NCBI GenBank assembly: GCA_001275005.1
Contig: JWZX01003044.1
Span: 1 to 41,820 of the forward strand
Length of the DNA stretch: 41,820 nucleotides
Origin: Chrysochromulina tobinii
Taxonomy: Eukaryota
Reading direction: 5' to 3'
Positions 1 through 9,445 of this stretch are shown here, piece by piece. A program made the translations under genes and the position numbers. The notes under the pieces were generated by a model that was given only the letters and a program-made list of their open reading frames with translations, did no database searches and was not told the DNA's origin. Numbering within the stretch: the stretch's first letter is position 1; the number at the start of each line of letters is the position of its first letter.

Positions 1-410
1 AATGATATAATCAAGATATAAGATGATATATAATGATATCTTGTATTGAAAATTCCCTTTTCTTGTATTGAAAATTCCCCCAATCCCGGCGCTCCAGGGT
101 CCGGTGAGTTACTTCAGCTACACACGGACACGCACGTTGCGGATTGCGCTTACCGCTTTGCGGTTATTTTATATTTATGGACGATAAACGTCGCGCGGCG
201 ACCACGTCGTACGTCGGTCATCGCATGTCCGTAGACGTCTTCAAAGATCTTCGCTTCGGGTGTTATTCGGGTGACGCTAAGGGTGACGCTTATTAGAGAT
301 CGCCGGTGCGTGACCCAACCGACCCGTAGGTTGTTATACTACTGGCGTTCTACTGGCGCACAATCCGCTACAGCCCGTACCCCGCCGTTAATAATATGCG
401 TTAACGAGCC

Positions 411-1601
411 CTATTGCCGTCTAAGGACATGTGCACACGCCGTAAGCGACCCAATCAACATGTGATGCCGCCCGACCTTCACCCAAGCGGGGTCGGCCGA
501 CACCGCCTCCTCGAGCTCTGCTTTGCAAGTCGTGAGGAGCACGGCGCAGCCTCCCTGCCTCAAGACGCGCCTCCATTCTCGAAGGGCCGCACTGTACAGC
601 CCCAGCTTGCGACCGTGCTTGCGCCCAAACGGCAAGTCGCTTAGCACGACGTCCACGCTGCCATCGTGGAAAGGCAGTTGGGTCGCATTGGCGTGCAAGA
701 GTAGCAGCGGCAGCATCCCTTGTCGCGCTGCGGCATGAGCGTTGGCGGCCGCTCCCTGAAGCTGATCACTGCTCTTGTCGCAGCCGACGTATGCAGACGC
801 TCGAGGCTGCAGCCGAGCGGCTTCGAGAAGAATGCCCGCTCGTCCGCACATGGGATCGAGTACTCGACAGCCCTGCCGCAGCTCGGCGAGCGCCGCGAGC
901 GCCCACCCTATCGGCGCGTGCAGTGCAGGGACGGGGCAGTAGCTCCTTGCACTCAGCCGTCCTGTCGTGAGCCTATGTGACTCGGTGTGGGCCGGAAGTT
1001 CGATCAATATTTGCGCGCTGCTCTACTGCAGCAGAATATCGAGCTCGTAACCACGCGCCGTGGCGCGAAAGCCGCCCGTCGAAGCATCATGCCACGCCTC
1101 AGCCAGCATCCGCCCGAGGTCCTGCCGTGACACGCAACTGCCGTCGTTGACGCCACCACGACGTGCCGTCACGCGGAAAGGCACGCTGCTGGCTTCAGCA
1201 ACATCGAAGCCGACCGCAATTCGCCAAGCCTTCTCGAGCGTCGCCGCCTGTGGAATCACGTGACTGGCGAGCAGGTCACGAAACGCGTCCGAGAAGGCCT
1301 CGTCGCCGGCAGGCATGCTCGGCATAGGCGATAGCCAGCAGAGCAGGCTCACGCTCTCGGCAGAGCAGAGCAAACGCACGTCCGCGAGGGTACAGTCGGT
1401 GCGAAAAGCCACTCTGCCCTGCAGGACGGTGACGTGCGTCGCTCCGAGCGCCTCTGTGACTTCAGAGGCCGCAAGATGCTCGAGTCCGATGCCCACGTGA
1501 ATCACGTAGTGCGAGCCGTCGCCATGCAAAGGGAGAAATGGTGAAACGAGTGTTGGACACGGGCTCTCAGTTGGCCAATATCGTGATGCCGGCAACAACA
1601 T
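411..1601 (-). CDS. THUMPD2: THUMP-domain + class I SAM methyltransferase (THUMPD2-like RNA m2G methyltransferase), interrupted by one in-frame TAG at 1025-1023
   Basis: ORFs 1023..1607 and 411..1007 are in the same frame, joined by TAG plus 5 sense codons (DILLQ*SSAQILIELP). N-half is THUMP-like (FRVTARRGG...SRQDLGRMLA). C-half has VLDPMCGRAGILLEAA, YVGCD and VDVVLSDLPFG. The segment LSARSY...ALHAPIGWALAALA resembles THUMPD2. First ATG at 1601. Confidence 0.75.
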
Positions 1602-1916
1602 GACCACTTATGGGGCACGACGGACCCGCGGTCGGCCCCCCTCCTGCCATCGTTTTCGGCAGTGACTTCACGTCTCTTCGCAGAAGCGAGCGCGCGCCGA
1701 TCTGCGATACATGTAGTTATGCCTACCATAGACGAGCCCCTCAGCAAAAACTTTTCGTAACCTTCCGACGGAATCGAGAGGCCTGGGACGCCTTTCGCTC
1801 GCTTTTTGTGGACGCTGTCAGGCTGACAGACGTCTACGCCCATTTCGCCCCAAGCGCCGCCCGCCTCGTTGCCGAGCGCCTGAGCGCCGCTGCCCCGGCG
1901 GCGGATCCCTCGTCTG

Positions 1917-4304
1917 ATGGCATCCTCGAGCTCGTCTCCCTGGACGGATGGCCCTCGCCATGGCACTGCCTGGGATGCTGGCGGCGACAATGGTGGCCTA
2001 GTGGGAGAATTCGAGGACTTGTCGTTGCGCCCACCTGTCCTGAACCATTCGGCCAGGTGCGAGCAGCCGCGTGATGGCTTCGCGGGCATCGATGACGAAC
2101 CCAACTCTCCGCCGCGCTACCGAAGCATGGACTTGGGTGACTTTGAGGCGACTGTCTACCGCTCCGCTGCCCGTGACGAGAGCTACCGCTCGGACGATGA
2201 CGACGATACGAAAATCCCCGTCTACCGCTCGATATCGTCCGGACGGCTCCCCCAGGCGCATCTGGTGGTTCGCCACCCGTGGGACAAGGTCGTGACGCCG
2301 TCGTCCGATCTGGACCTGTGCACACCTGCGCCCAGCAGGAGCATGGACTGGGCTTCTCTCACGCAAGCCACGGTGCTGCTGCCGCGCGAGGACGCTGCGG
2401 AAAAATTCGCCTTCGAGCTGCCGATCGACCTGCTCGAGGCCGTGCTCAGTCTGCTCTCCTCCAGCCCCGGTGCGCCACCCTCACACGTGCTCGCCCCTAC
2501 AAGCATGCAAAAAACACATAAAACATACACGCCCACAACCATAAAACTCCCCCTCTCCAGCTGGCTGATTGCGTGGTCGATCGCGCTCGCTTGACCGCCG
2601 ACTTACCGACCCCGTGCGCATTTCCTCCGTGCAGATCTCTTCATCGTGATGCGCGTCTGCAAGGCATGGCGCCGTGAGGCCTGCGCCCATTACCTGCGCC
2701 GCGTCGCCATCGTCCCTCCAACGCCCGACGCGCTGCTCCGCGCCGTCTCCCTCGCGCGCGCGGGGGATACGCTGCGCCTGCTGCCCGGGGAGCACCGGCT
2801 CACATCGGAGCTGACCCTCGACACTCCCCTGCGCGTGCTCTCCGATGCCGAGGCCGAGCGCGCTCTCGCGTCGCTCGTGGCCGCTTCCACCGCAGCCTCA
2901 CCATTGGCGAACCCCACCGTCCGCGGCAAAGCGCCGGTCACCGCCGTCGCTCCGACCCCGTCGCCGCTCTCGTTTTCCGGAGCCGCGACGGCGGCCGCCG
3001 TAAGGGACGCCGGCGCACCCTCCTCGTCGAGTGGCGGTGGCGACGTGGTTTTGGTCGGCACTCTGCACGTGCTCCTGCGCACCCGATGCACCTCCCTTGT
3101 CGCTGGGATCACGCTGTGCCGGATGGGCGACGAAGTGGGATACCCCAACGCCGTCACGTACGCCGAGGGCGGACTTTTGCGCATGGAGCGCTGTCGCATC
3201 ACGTGCGGCGGACCCGCCACCAGCGTGCCTCAGGCACTGCTTGCCTTTGCCGGCGCGCCCGAGCCGGGAGCAGTGCGGCGGCCGTGCGCCGTCTCGGACG
3301 ACGGGCCGAGCACGGACGAGCAGCCGGCTGCGAGTGAGGGCGGCGGCCGACTGCGCCAGAGCCTGCGCCAGAGCAGCGAGACTGACCTGGGCGAATGGTC
3401 GAGCTCCGGCAGCCTCGCGACCACCGATGCGGTGCCCTTGCCGCCCCCGACCTTAACTGGCCGCTCGCAGGGCGCCATCGGCGGCTTTTGGGGCGGGGGC
3501 GGAGGCGGCGGCGGCAGCGGCTTCGGTGGCGGCTTCGGTGGCGGCTTCGGTGGCGGCTTCGGTGCGCTTGTGGTAGAGGGCGCTGCCGAGGGCAGCGGCG
3601 AAAGCGCCGACGTCATGCCTGCACGCGGTCCATCGGATGAGCGCTCGTCGTGCCCTCAGTCGGGGGTGTGGGTGGGTGCCGCCGCGTCCGTCGTGCTCCA
3701 GGGCTGCACGATCTCGGCTTGCATGGGACCCGGCGTCAAGATCTACCGCGGCCGACTGCTCGCGCAATGCAACACGATCGCTTTCTCGTCGCGCGGCGCC
3801 AACGTCGTCGCCAACGGCGGGTATGTCGAACTCGAGAACAACGACATACGCGGCGCCAATGGCGACGGCGTCTCCTCCTGGAACAACTCGGTGATGCGCA
3901 TTGAGCGGAACTCGATCCATTCAAACTCGGGCGCAGGCATCGCTGTGAACACTGGCGGCGGTAGTGTCACCATCGCCCACAATTCCGTCTTCGACAACGC
4001 GTGCCAGGCCGTCCTCTTTACCACATCCTCGGCGCATGCAACGCTCAAGGACAATGACTTTGACGGCGCCACGACCAAGGAGGGGCCGCCACCGCCACGC
4101 AGAACCAGCCGCGCGCACACGGCGGCGGCCAAGGCGGCGGCCGACACGGCGGCGGCGGCAAAGGCGCAGCAAGAGGCAGAAGACACTCAGCTTGCTGCAG
4201 CTTTCGCTGCGAGCCTCGCCGTCTCCGTCCCTGACCCACCACCTCCCCCGCCATCTCTAGCCGGACGTGTCAGCAAAGCAATGAGGGAGTCCGGCCCTAC
4301 TTGA
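1917..4304 (+). CDS. F-box + right-handed parallel beta-helix protein (FBXO11/FBXO10-like) with a C-terminal UIM-like motif; exons 1917-2469 and 2635-4304
   Basis: Removing the GT-AG intron 2470-2634 joins the two ORFs in frame and rebuilds an F-box: LPIDLLEAVLSLLSSSPDLFIVMRVCKAWRREA. Also AGDTLRLLPGEH, PbH1-like repeats (NNDIRGANGDGV, RNSIHSNSGAGIAV, HNSVFDNACQAV) and EAEDTQLAAAFAASLA near the C-terminus. Confidence 0.8.
2470..2634 (+). other. Spliceosomal intron (165 nt)
   Basis: GTGCGC...pyrimidine tract TTTCCTCCGTGCAG; removal restores the F-box frame. Confidence 0.85.
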
Positions 4305-4711
4305 TGTTCAGTCATCGTGTGCATTGCCGGGGCTGCCGAGGCAGCAGTGATCTTCGCGTTCATTCACAGCTTTGCGGGCACCCCGCAAAGCGGTGAATGT
4401 CCTTCCCGGTGGCGGATCATGAGTTCGAGATAAGAACAGAGTGGCATGTTTCTTGCGACGCGAGTTGTTGGTCGCGGGCGCTGTAGGTCGCCTTTTCGCG
4501 GGGCTGCACATGCGTTCCTGTCACGACAGACTGCGATTCTCGTCTTCATCCACAAACTAGAAACTAAGACATAGACACTCGAGAGGATGCGGTTAACACT
4601 AGTTCACTAGTTCACAGGCCGCGGAAGTCGCGGAAGCCTCGCCACGGTCCCAATCCTGCTGTGGAGGCATCGGTCGTCAAGGCCTCCTGTCGGTCCAGGC
4701 TCGTGTCAGAC

Positions 4712-5803
4712 ATGCACGGTGTCAAGAGATTCACACCAGAGAAGCGCGCAGCGTTGCGCAAGGAGAACGAGGAACGTGCGGCCTCGTACCGTAGCCGCTC
4801 CGCCGCGGCCATGGAGCGTCGCGCAGCCAAGGTTTATGACGCCGCTTCTCTTGAGGCGGTCGCCAAGGTGGTGACGGAGAACCCGGACTTTGCAACCATG
4901 TGGAATTTTCGGCGCGAGGTGCTTGGGCACATGTTTCCCGACGCTGACGTCGCGGCGCGCAAGGCCGCGTGTCTTGCGGAGTTCGCGCTCACGCAGGAGT
5001 GCCTTGGCATCAACCCAAAATCGTATCCAGTGTGGTACCACCGCGAGTGGGTGCTGCTGTGGGGCGAGTGCGAGTGGCAATGGCCCGTGGAGCTCAAGCT
5101 GACCGCCAAGCTGCTCGCACTGGATGACCGCAATTTCCATTGCTGGACGTACCGGCGCAACGTTGTGCGCGTGGCGGGCGTTACTGCTGAGGCCGAGCTG
5201 GCCTTCACCACCACCAAGATCCAGGCCAACTTTTCCAATTACTCCGCGTGGCACTACCGCTCGAAGCTGCTGCCCGCAGTCCATGCGAGCGCAGGCGCGG
5301 AGGGCGCCGCCCAGCTCGGCGCCGTGCTGCGAAATGAGCTCGAGCTCGTGCGCAATGCCTTCTTCACCGCCCCGGAGGACTCGTCCGCATGGTTTTATCA
5401 TCGGTGGCTGATCGCGCAGCTAGCGCCCGGCGCGGCCGCAGCTCTTCCACCGGCCGAGTTCGAGGCGCTCGTGCGCGCCGAGCTCCAGATGGTCGACGAG
5501 CTCCTCGAGCTTGAGCCCGAATGTAAATGGCCTCTCGCGGCCGCAGCCTTCCTCGGCCGTACGCTCGACACGCACCAGATGGGCTCGGAAGAGACGACTG
5601 GTGCCGCCGCCACACGCATCGGCGAGCTGCGACGAGTCGACGCGCTGCGGGCGCGCTACTACGATTCGGCGGGCGAGGCCACGCCCACCATGGCGCGCAT
5701 TGGCGCCTCGACGCCCACCATGGCGCCCACAGGCAAGTGGTACCGCCAGAAGGGCAACTTCTACTCGACAGAGCCCACAGAGTTGGCCTCCGAGCTTCAC
5801 TGA
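4712..5803 (+). CDS. RABGGTA: Rab geranylgeranyltransferase (type II) alpha subunit
   Basis: Characteristic MHGVKR start and PPTA repeats: NPDFATMWNFRR, NPKSYPVWYHREW, DDRNFHCWTYRR, NFSNYSAWHYRS, PEDSSAWFYHRWL. Confidence 0.92.
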   Translation: MHGVKRFTPEKRAALRKENEERAASYRSRSAAAMERRAAKVYDAASLEAVAKVVTENPDFATMWNFRREVLGHMFPDADVAARKAACLAEFALTQECLGINPKSYPVWYHREWVLLWGECEWQWPVELKLTAKLLALDDRNFHCWTYRRNVVRVAGVTAEAELAFTTTKIQANFSNYSAWHYRSKLLPAVHASAGAEGAAQLGAVLRNELELVRNAFFTAPEDSSAWFYHRWLIAQLAPGAAAALPPAEFEALVRAELQMVDELLELEPECKWPLAAAAFLGRTLDTHQMGSEETTGAAATRIGELRRVDALRARYYDSAGEATPTMARIGASTPTMAPTGKWYRQKGNFYSTEPTELASELH

Positions 5804-6256
5804 GTCCGCGGGTCAATATGGAAAGTTGCCTACGAGAAGATAGTGGCGACACGATGCGCGGGGCTTAGCTGACGCCGCGAGATATGCCGAGACGTGATGC
5901 CGAGCAACGATCAGGCCCCGGTGCCCAAGCGCAACCGGAGTGAACGAGCGACCAGAACGGGACAGCGCGGACCCGACCGCGGAACCGCGCGGTCCGCGCC
6001 GCGTCCCGCCCGCCCTCTCCCGCCTCCCGGCACTCCGCTCTCCGGGGCAGCGCCTACCGCCGTACCGCGACTGGACCGCCTCGTCGCGCGCGGCCTTCCC
6101 TGGAGGCCAGAGCCGGCCTCGCCAGTCTAATTTTGTTTTCCGTTTTGATTTGTGTTTCGTCACAAACAACTGGTTTCGCGTTTATTGTGGTCTCACTCTG
6201 CTCTCTGTAACTGTATGCTCTCTGGCCTAAGAAATCACGCCCGTAGGCCGCTATCC

Positions 6257-8449
6257 CTATGCCGCCATGCCGGGCATCGTCGTCTCGGGCAGTCTCTCGC
6301 CGGAGCCAAGCGATCGAGCGAACATGTCAGTACGCTGCGAGAACATGGACACGTTGGCCGCCCCGCCCGTGCGCGCGCTCGCGGGACGCTTGTTGGCGAC
6401 GATCGCGTGAGCGGTCGCGGAAGCGCGTGCGGAGAGCGCCGGTGAGTGCGACGCGGGCGGTACAAGCACGCGGCCGCCCACCTCACGCCCAGCGCCCACC
6501 AGCCGACCGCGCGAGCCGCCGGCGCCACTGAGCGGCGTGGCCCCTTGGTCGGCATCGGCGGGCAGATGGCGCAGCAAGATCTGCTCTGAGGTGGAGACAT
6601 AGGGCGTGCGCGCCGTCTCCTCGATGCAAGTGGGCACCTCGCGAAACTCGGCGGTGCCGTCGAGGTGCCCTTGCGAGCCTCCACCTCTGTGGGCGGAGGC
6701 GCTGATGGGGCGCGAGGGGCGGCGCGCCGTCGACGAGATGGGCTGGCCGGGCGGCAGCGGGTATGGCACCGTGAGAAGTGGCTGGATGCCCAAGGGCTGG
6801 CCTGGCTTGGGACGCTGCTGCAGCTTGTGGACCAGGTGCAATAGCTCCTCATGGTTGGCTTTGGATTGTTGGATGATGCGGATCTTCTCAGTGGCCTCGG
6901 CCATCTGCTGGTCCTCTACCCGCGCGCGCATCTCAGCGTCGCGTCGCGCCTGCGCCATTCGCTCCTCGATCTCGCGCGCCAGCACGTGCAGCTGCTCGGT
7001 CAGGTGGTACTCGGTCGTACTCGCTGCCGCCGCCAGGGTACGATGCGTCACCTCATGCTGCGCGAGCTGCTTGCGGAGCGCGGCTATCTCGAGGCGTGCC
7101 GCCTCGAGCTCCGCTCTCGCCGCCTCCAGCTCCCTGCCGTCCGGCTTGTTCAGCAGCTCCTCGCGCACTGCGTCGCGCTCGAGGGCCACTTCCTCTCGGA
7201 GCTTGCGCGTATGCGCGTTGATCTCCTCGCGCATCGCATGCGCGTCCTTCGTGATCTCGCCGCGCAGGATGGCGCTCGCCTCCTTGACCTGATCGCCGAG
7301 CACCTCCAGGTTCGGTCCGAGAGCCCAGTGCAGAAACTCCCTACGCCGCTTCCCATCGATCAGCCCGAGCCACGCACGGAAAGCCATGCCGGCGACTGAG
7401 ACGCCCCAGCAGACGCGCTTCTTCGCCCGCAGCTTACGCATGTACCACTCGAACCAGGCGCGCACCACCTGCGCACCGAAGAGCTTCACCTTGCGCATGA
7501 GCTGCTTGCGCAGCACGGCCTCGCGCTCGGCGATCTGCGCACGCGACGAGTCTCGCCACGCGCCGAAGGCCTTGCATTCAGTGCCGCGGAGAAGCATGGC
7601 CATACCCTTTGCGAGCCCGCGGTTGCGCTCGGCGACGGCGGCGCGCACGTGGCGCTGCCATGCGACGAACGTCCTCACCATGCCCTGGAAGAGCCATGTG
7701 GTGACGAACTTTTGGAGGCCGCGCTCGTGCCGGACCGACGTGCGCCACGAGTCGATGATGTGCTGCTTCCACCATTCGTCACGCCCCATTAAGTACATCC
7801 TCAGCTTCTTGTTCTTCGCCTCCTTGTCGCCAAAGTGCGCGGTGCGCCACCTATCGAAGACCTTCAGCTTGAGCGCTGTATCGCCGCCGCGGATCATCGC
7901 CGCCGCGCGGCTCATCTGCGCCTTCTTGGTCGACACTAATTTGTGAAGTGCATGCAGGCACTTGCGGCACGGAGCGTACCGCAGGTTGCCGATCACCGCC
8001 ATGCGCTGCGCGTTCAACCTGCGAACGAGGTCGCGCCAAGCGTTGAATGCGGCCGTGGTGCACTTGCCCCTCCACTGGTTGATGGTGCCCTTCATCAGCT
8101 TGAGCTTGGTCTCCTGCAATCCAGCGTAGGCACCATTGATTCGCTCTGACAGGCGCACGACCGTCTGCGTGATCACACGCAGCAGCGCGCCGAGGCGCGG
8201 ATCGAGTGGCGCTAGGCCGTGCATCTCGCCAAACTCGATGGCTCCGCTGGAATCCAGATCGAATCGGCGCAGCAGCATCTTCCAGCTCACCTCGTGGCTC
8301 AGCCCGGGAGCGTGCAGTGCGGCGACGCCTCGCTCCCAGTCCTCACGCGAGACGCTCCCGGATTCCTGGAAATCGAGCATCGTCAGCAGAGTGAGCAGGA
8401 ACGACAGATTGTTCCTCTCCGAGTTGAACTCGTCGTCATCGGAGGACAT
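6257..8449 (-). CDS. EF-hand pair + Sfi1-like (centrin-binding type) Trp repeats + coiled-coil protein
   Basis: Long ORF with likely ATG at 8449 (MSSDDDEF). EF-hand loops DFQESGSVSRED and DLDSSGAIEFGE. Recurrent F/V-x-x-W motifs (AAFNAWR, KVFDRWR, RTFVAWQ, KAFGAWR, MAFRAWL), followed by an E/R/L-rich coiled coil. Confidence 0.7.
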   Translation of the reverse strand: MSSDDDEFNSERNNLSFLLTLLTMLDFQESGSVSREDWERGVAALHAPGLSHEVSWKMLLRRFDLDSSGAIEFGEMHGLAPLDPRLGALLRVITQTVVRLSERINGAYAGLQETKLKLMKGTINQWRGKCTTAAFNAWRDLVRRLNAQRMAVIGNLRYAPCRKCLHALHKLVSTKKAQMSRAAAMIRGGDTALKLKVFDRWRTAHFGDKEAKNKKLRMYLMGRDEWWKQHIIDSWRTSVRHERGLQKFVTTWLFQGMVRTFVAWQRHVRAAVAERNRGLAKGMAMLLRGTECKAFGAWRDSSRAQIAEREAVLRKQLMRKVKLFGAQVVRAWFEWYMRKLRAKKRVCWGVSVAGMAFRAWLGLIDGKRRREFLHWALGPNLEVLGDQVKEASAILRGEITKDAHAMREEINAHTRKLREEVALERDAVREELLNKPDGRELEAARAELEAARLEIAALRKQLAQHEVTHRTLAAAASTTEYHLTEQLHVLAREIEERMAQARRDAEMRARVEDQQMAEATEKIRIIQQSKANHEELLHLVHKLQQRPKPGQPLGIQPLLTVPYPLPPGQPISSTARRPSRPISASAHRGGGSQGHLDGTAEFREVPTCIEETARTPYVSTSEQILLRHLPADADQGATPLSGAGGSRGRLVGAGREVGGRVLVPPASHSPALSARASATAHAIVANKRPASARTGGAANVSMFSQRTDMFARSLGSGERLPETTMPGMAA

Positions 8450-8615
8450 CCTCCTTTCGCTCGACCCAGCACCGGGTTGTTGACCAGCGCAAACCGGGAG
8501 CTCACCACAACGCGCGGCCTTCGAATGGAATTGACTTCTTCGGTTTCTCACGCTCGGTGCATTCGGTAACGTTTACATGTATCACTACATTGCACCTGAG
8601 GCTCGGAGATTTCAC

Positions 8616-9031
8616 ATGAGGCATTTCATCTTCGCGCTCCTCGCCGCCATGATGACTGTCACGGCCGGCTTGAATTCAGCCTTGGCCGCTACCAGCCGGC
8701 GAGCAGCCGTCGCCGGGATGGCGTCGGTTCTGCTGCCAGTAGCGCCGCGTGCAGCTCGCGCCGGTAAACTATTTCCTCCTGCACGTCAACGTTCTGGTGC
8801 TGCTCACACACTGTCTCCTCTGCCGTGCGCTGCCTACTTGTGCACGCAGATGGGTCCAAGACCGACAAGTCTTTTACGGAATGCTTGTCCAAGTGCCTTT
8901 ACGAGAAGACGAAGATCACCAAAGGCATCGGGCAGGTTGAGGTGGTGAGCCGTGCGGACGCCATGCTTGAGTGCAAGCCGAAGTGCGCGACGAGCAAGGC
9001 TCAGCTCTTGATTGGGCAACCGAAAAAGTAA
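8616..9031 (+). CDS. Small Cys-containing protein with signal peptide + twin-arginine lumen-targeting-like presequence; exons 8616-8763 and 8850-9031
   Basis: Intron GTAAAC...CGCAG (8764-8849) joins MRHFIFALLAAMMTVTAG-LNSALAATSRRAAVAGMASVLLPVAPRAARA to DGSKTDKSFTECLSKCLYEKTK...ECKPKCATSKAQLLIGQPKK. RR, a hydrophobic stretch and an AxA cleavage site are present. Confidence 0.75.
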
Positions 9032-9445
9032 AAGGCTCTTGCAGGCATTCCCGCGTTCCCTCTACATGGCGCCAGGGTGTCGCAACTGCACAGATGACGT
9101 GTCTACGCGTTTCACGCGACCCAACGAGAACATCAACGAATATATATATATAGTGACTCCAGTCAAAAGCACCACAGGCACTCCCAGAGTCACACTAATC
9201 TCCGCATCACCGCATACGCTCGCCGAACGACAACGAGAAACCGTCACGTCGCCCACACCGTAATATCTCGCAACCATCTGCACATGCCACATCGCACTGT
9301 GTGTCTCTACTCCGGTACTCGACTCTCCTCTTCAATCTATGGCAGCCGCAGACACTTGCCACGGCTCCATGGTCACCCGTGGTGCGACCGAGTGCTGCCA
9401 GGCGCTCGCTCGCACGCGCAAAGTGCCGTTCGTCGAAGCGCACAC

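Noticed and set aside
1023..1025. Selenocysteine or genetic code reassignment for the in-frame stop
   Set aside because: The codon is TAG, not TGA, and TAG terminates other intact genes in the window.
1610..2074. 154-aa plus-strand ORF between THUMPD2 and the F-box gene
   Set aside because: It starts 9 nt from the divergent ATG, overlaps the F-box CDS out of frame and has no recognisable domain; probably promoter/UTR.
3432..3470. Possible 39-nt in-frame GT-AG mini-intron in the F-box gene
   Set aside because: It is not needed to keep the frame and is much shorter than the other introns here; unsupported without RNA data.
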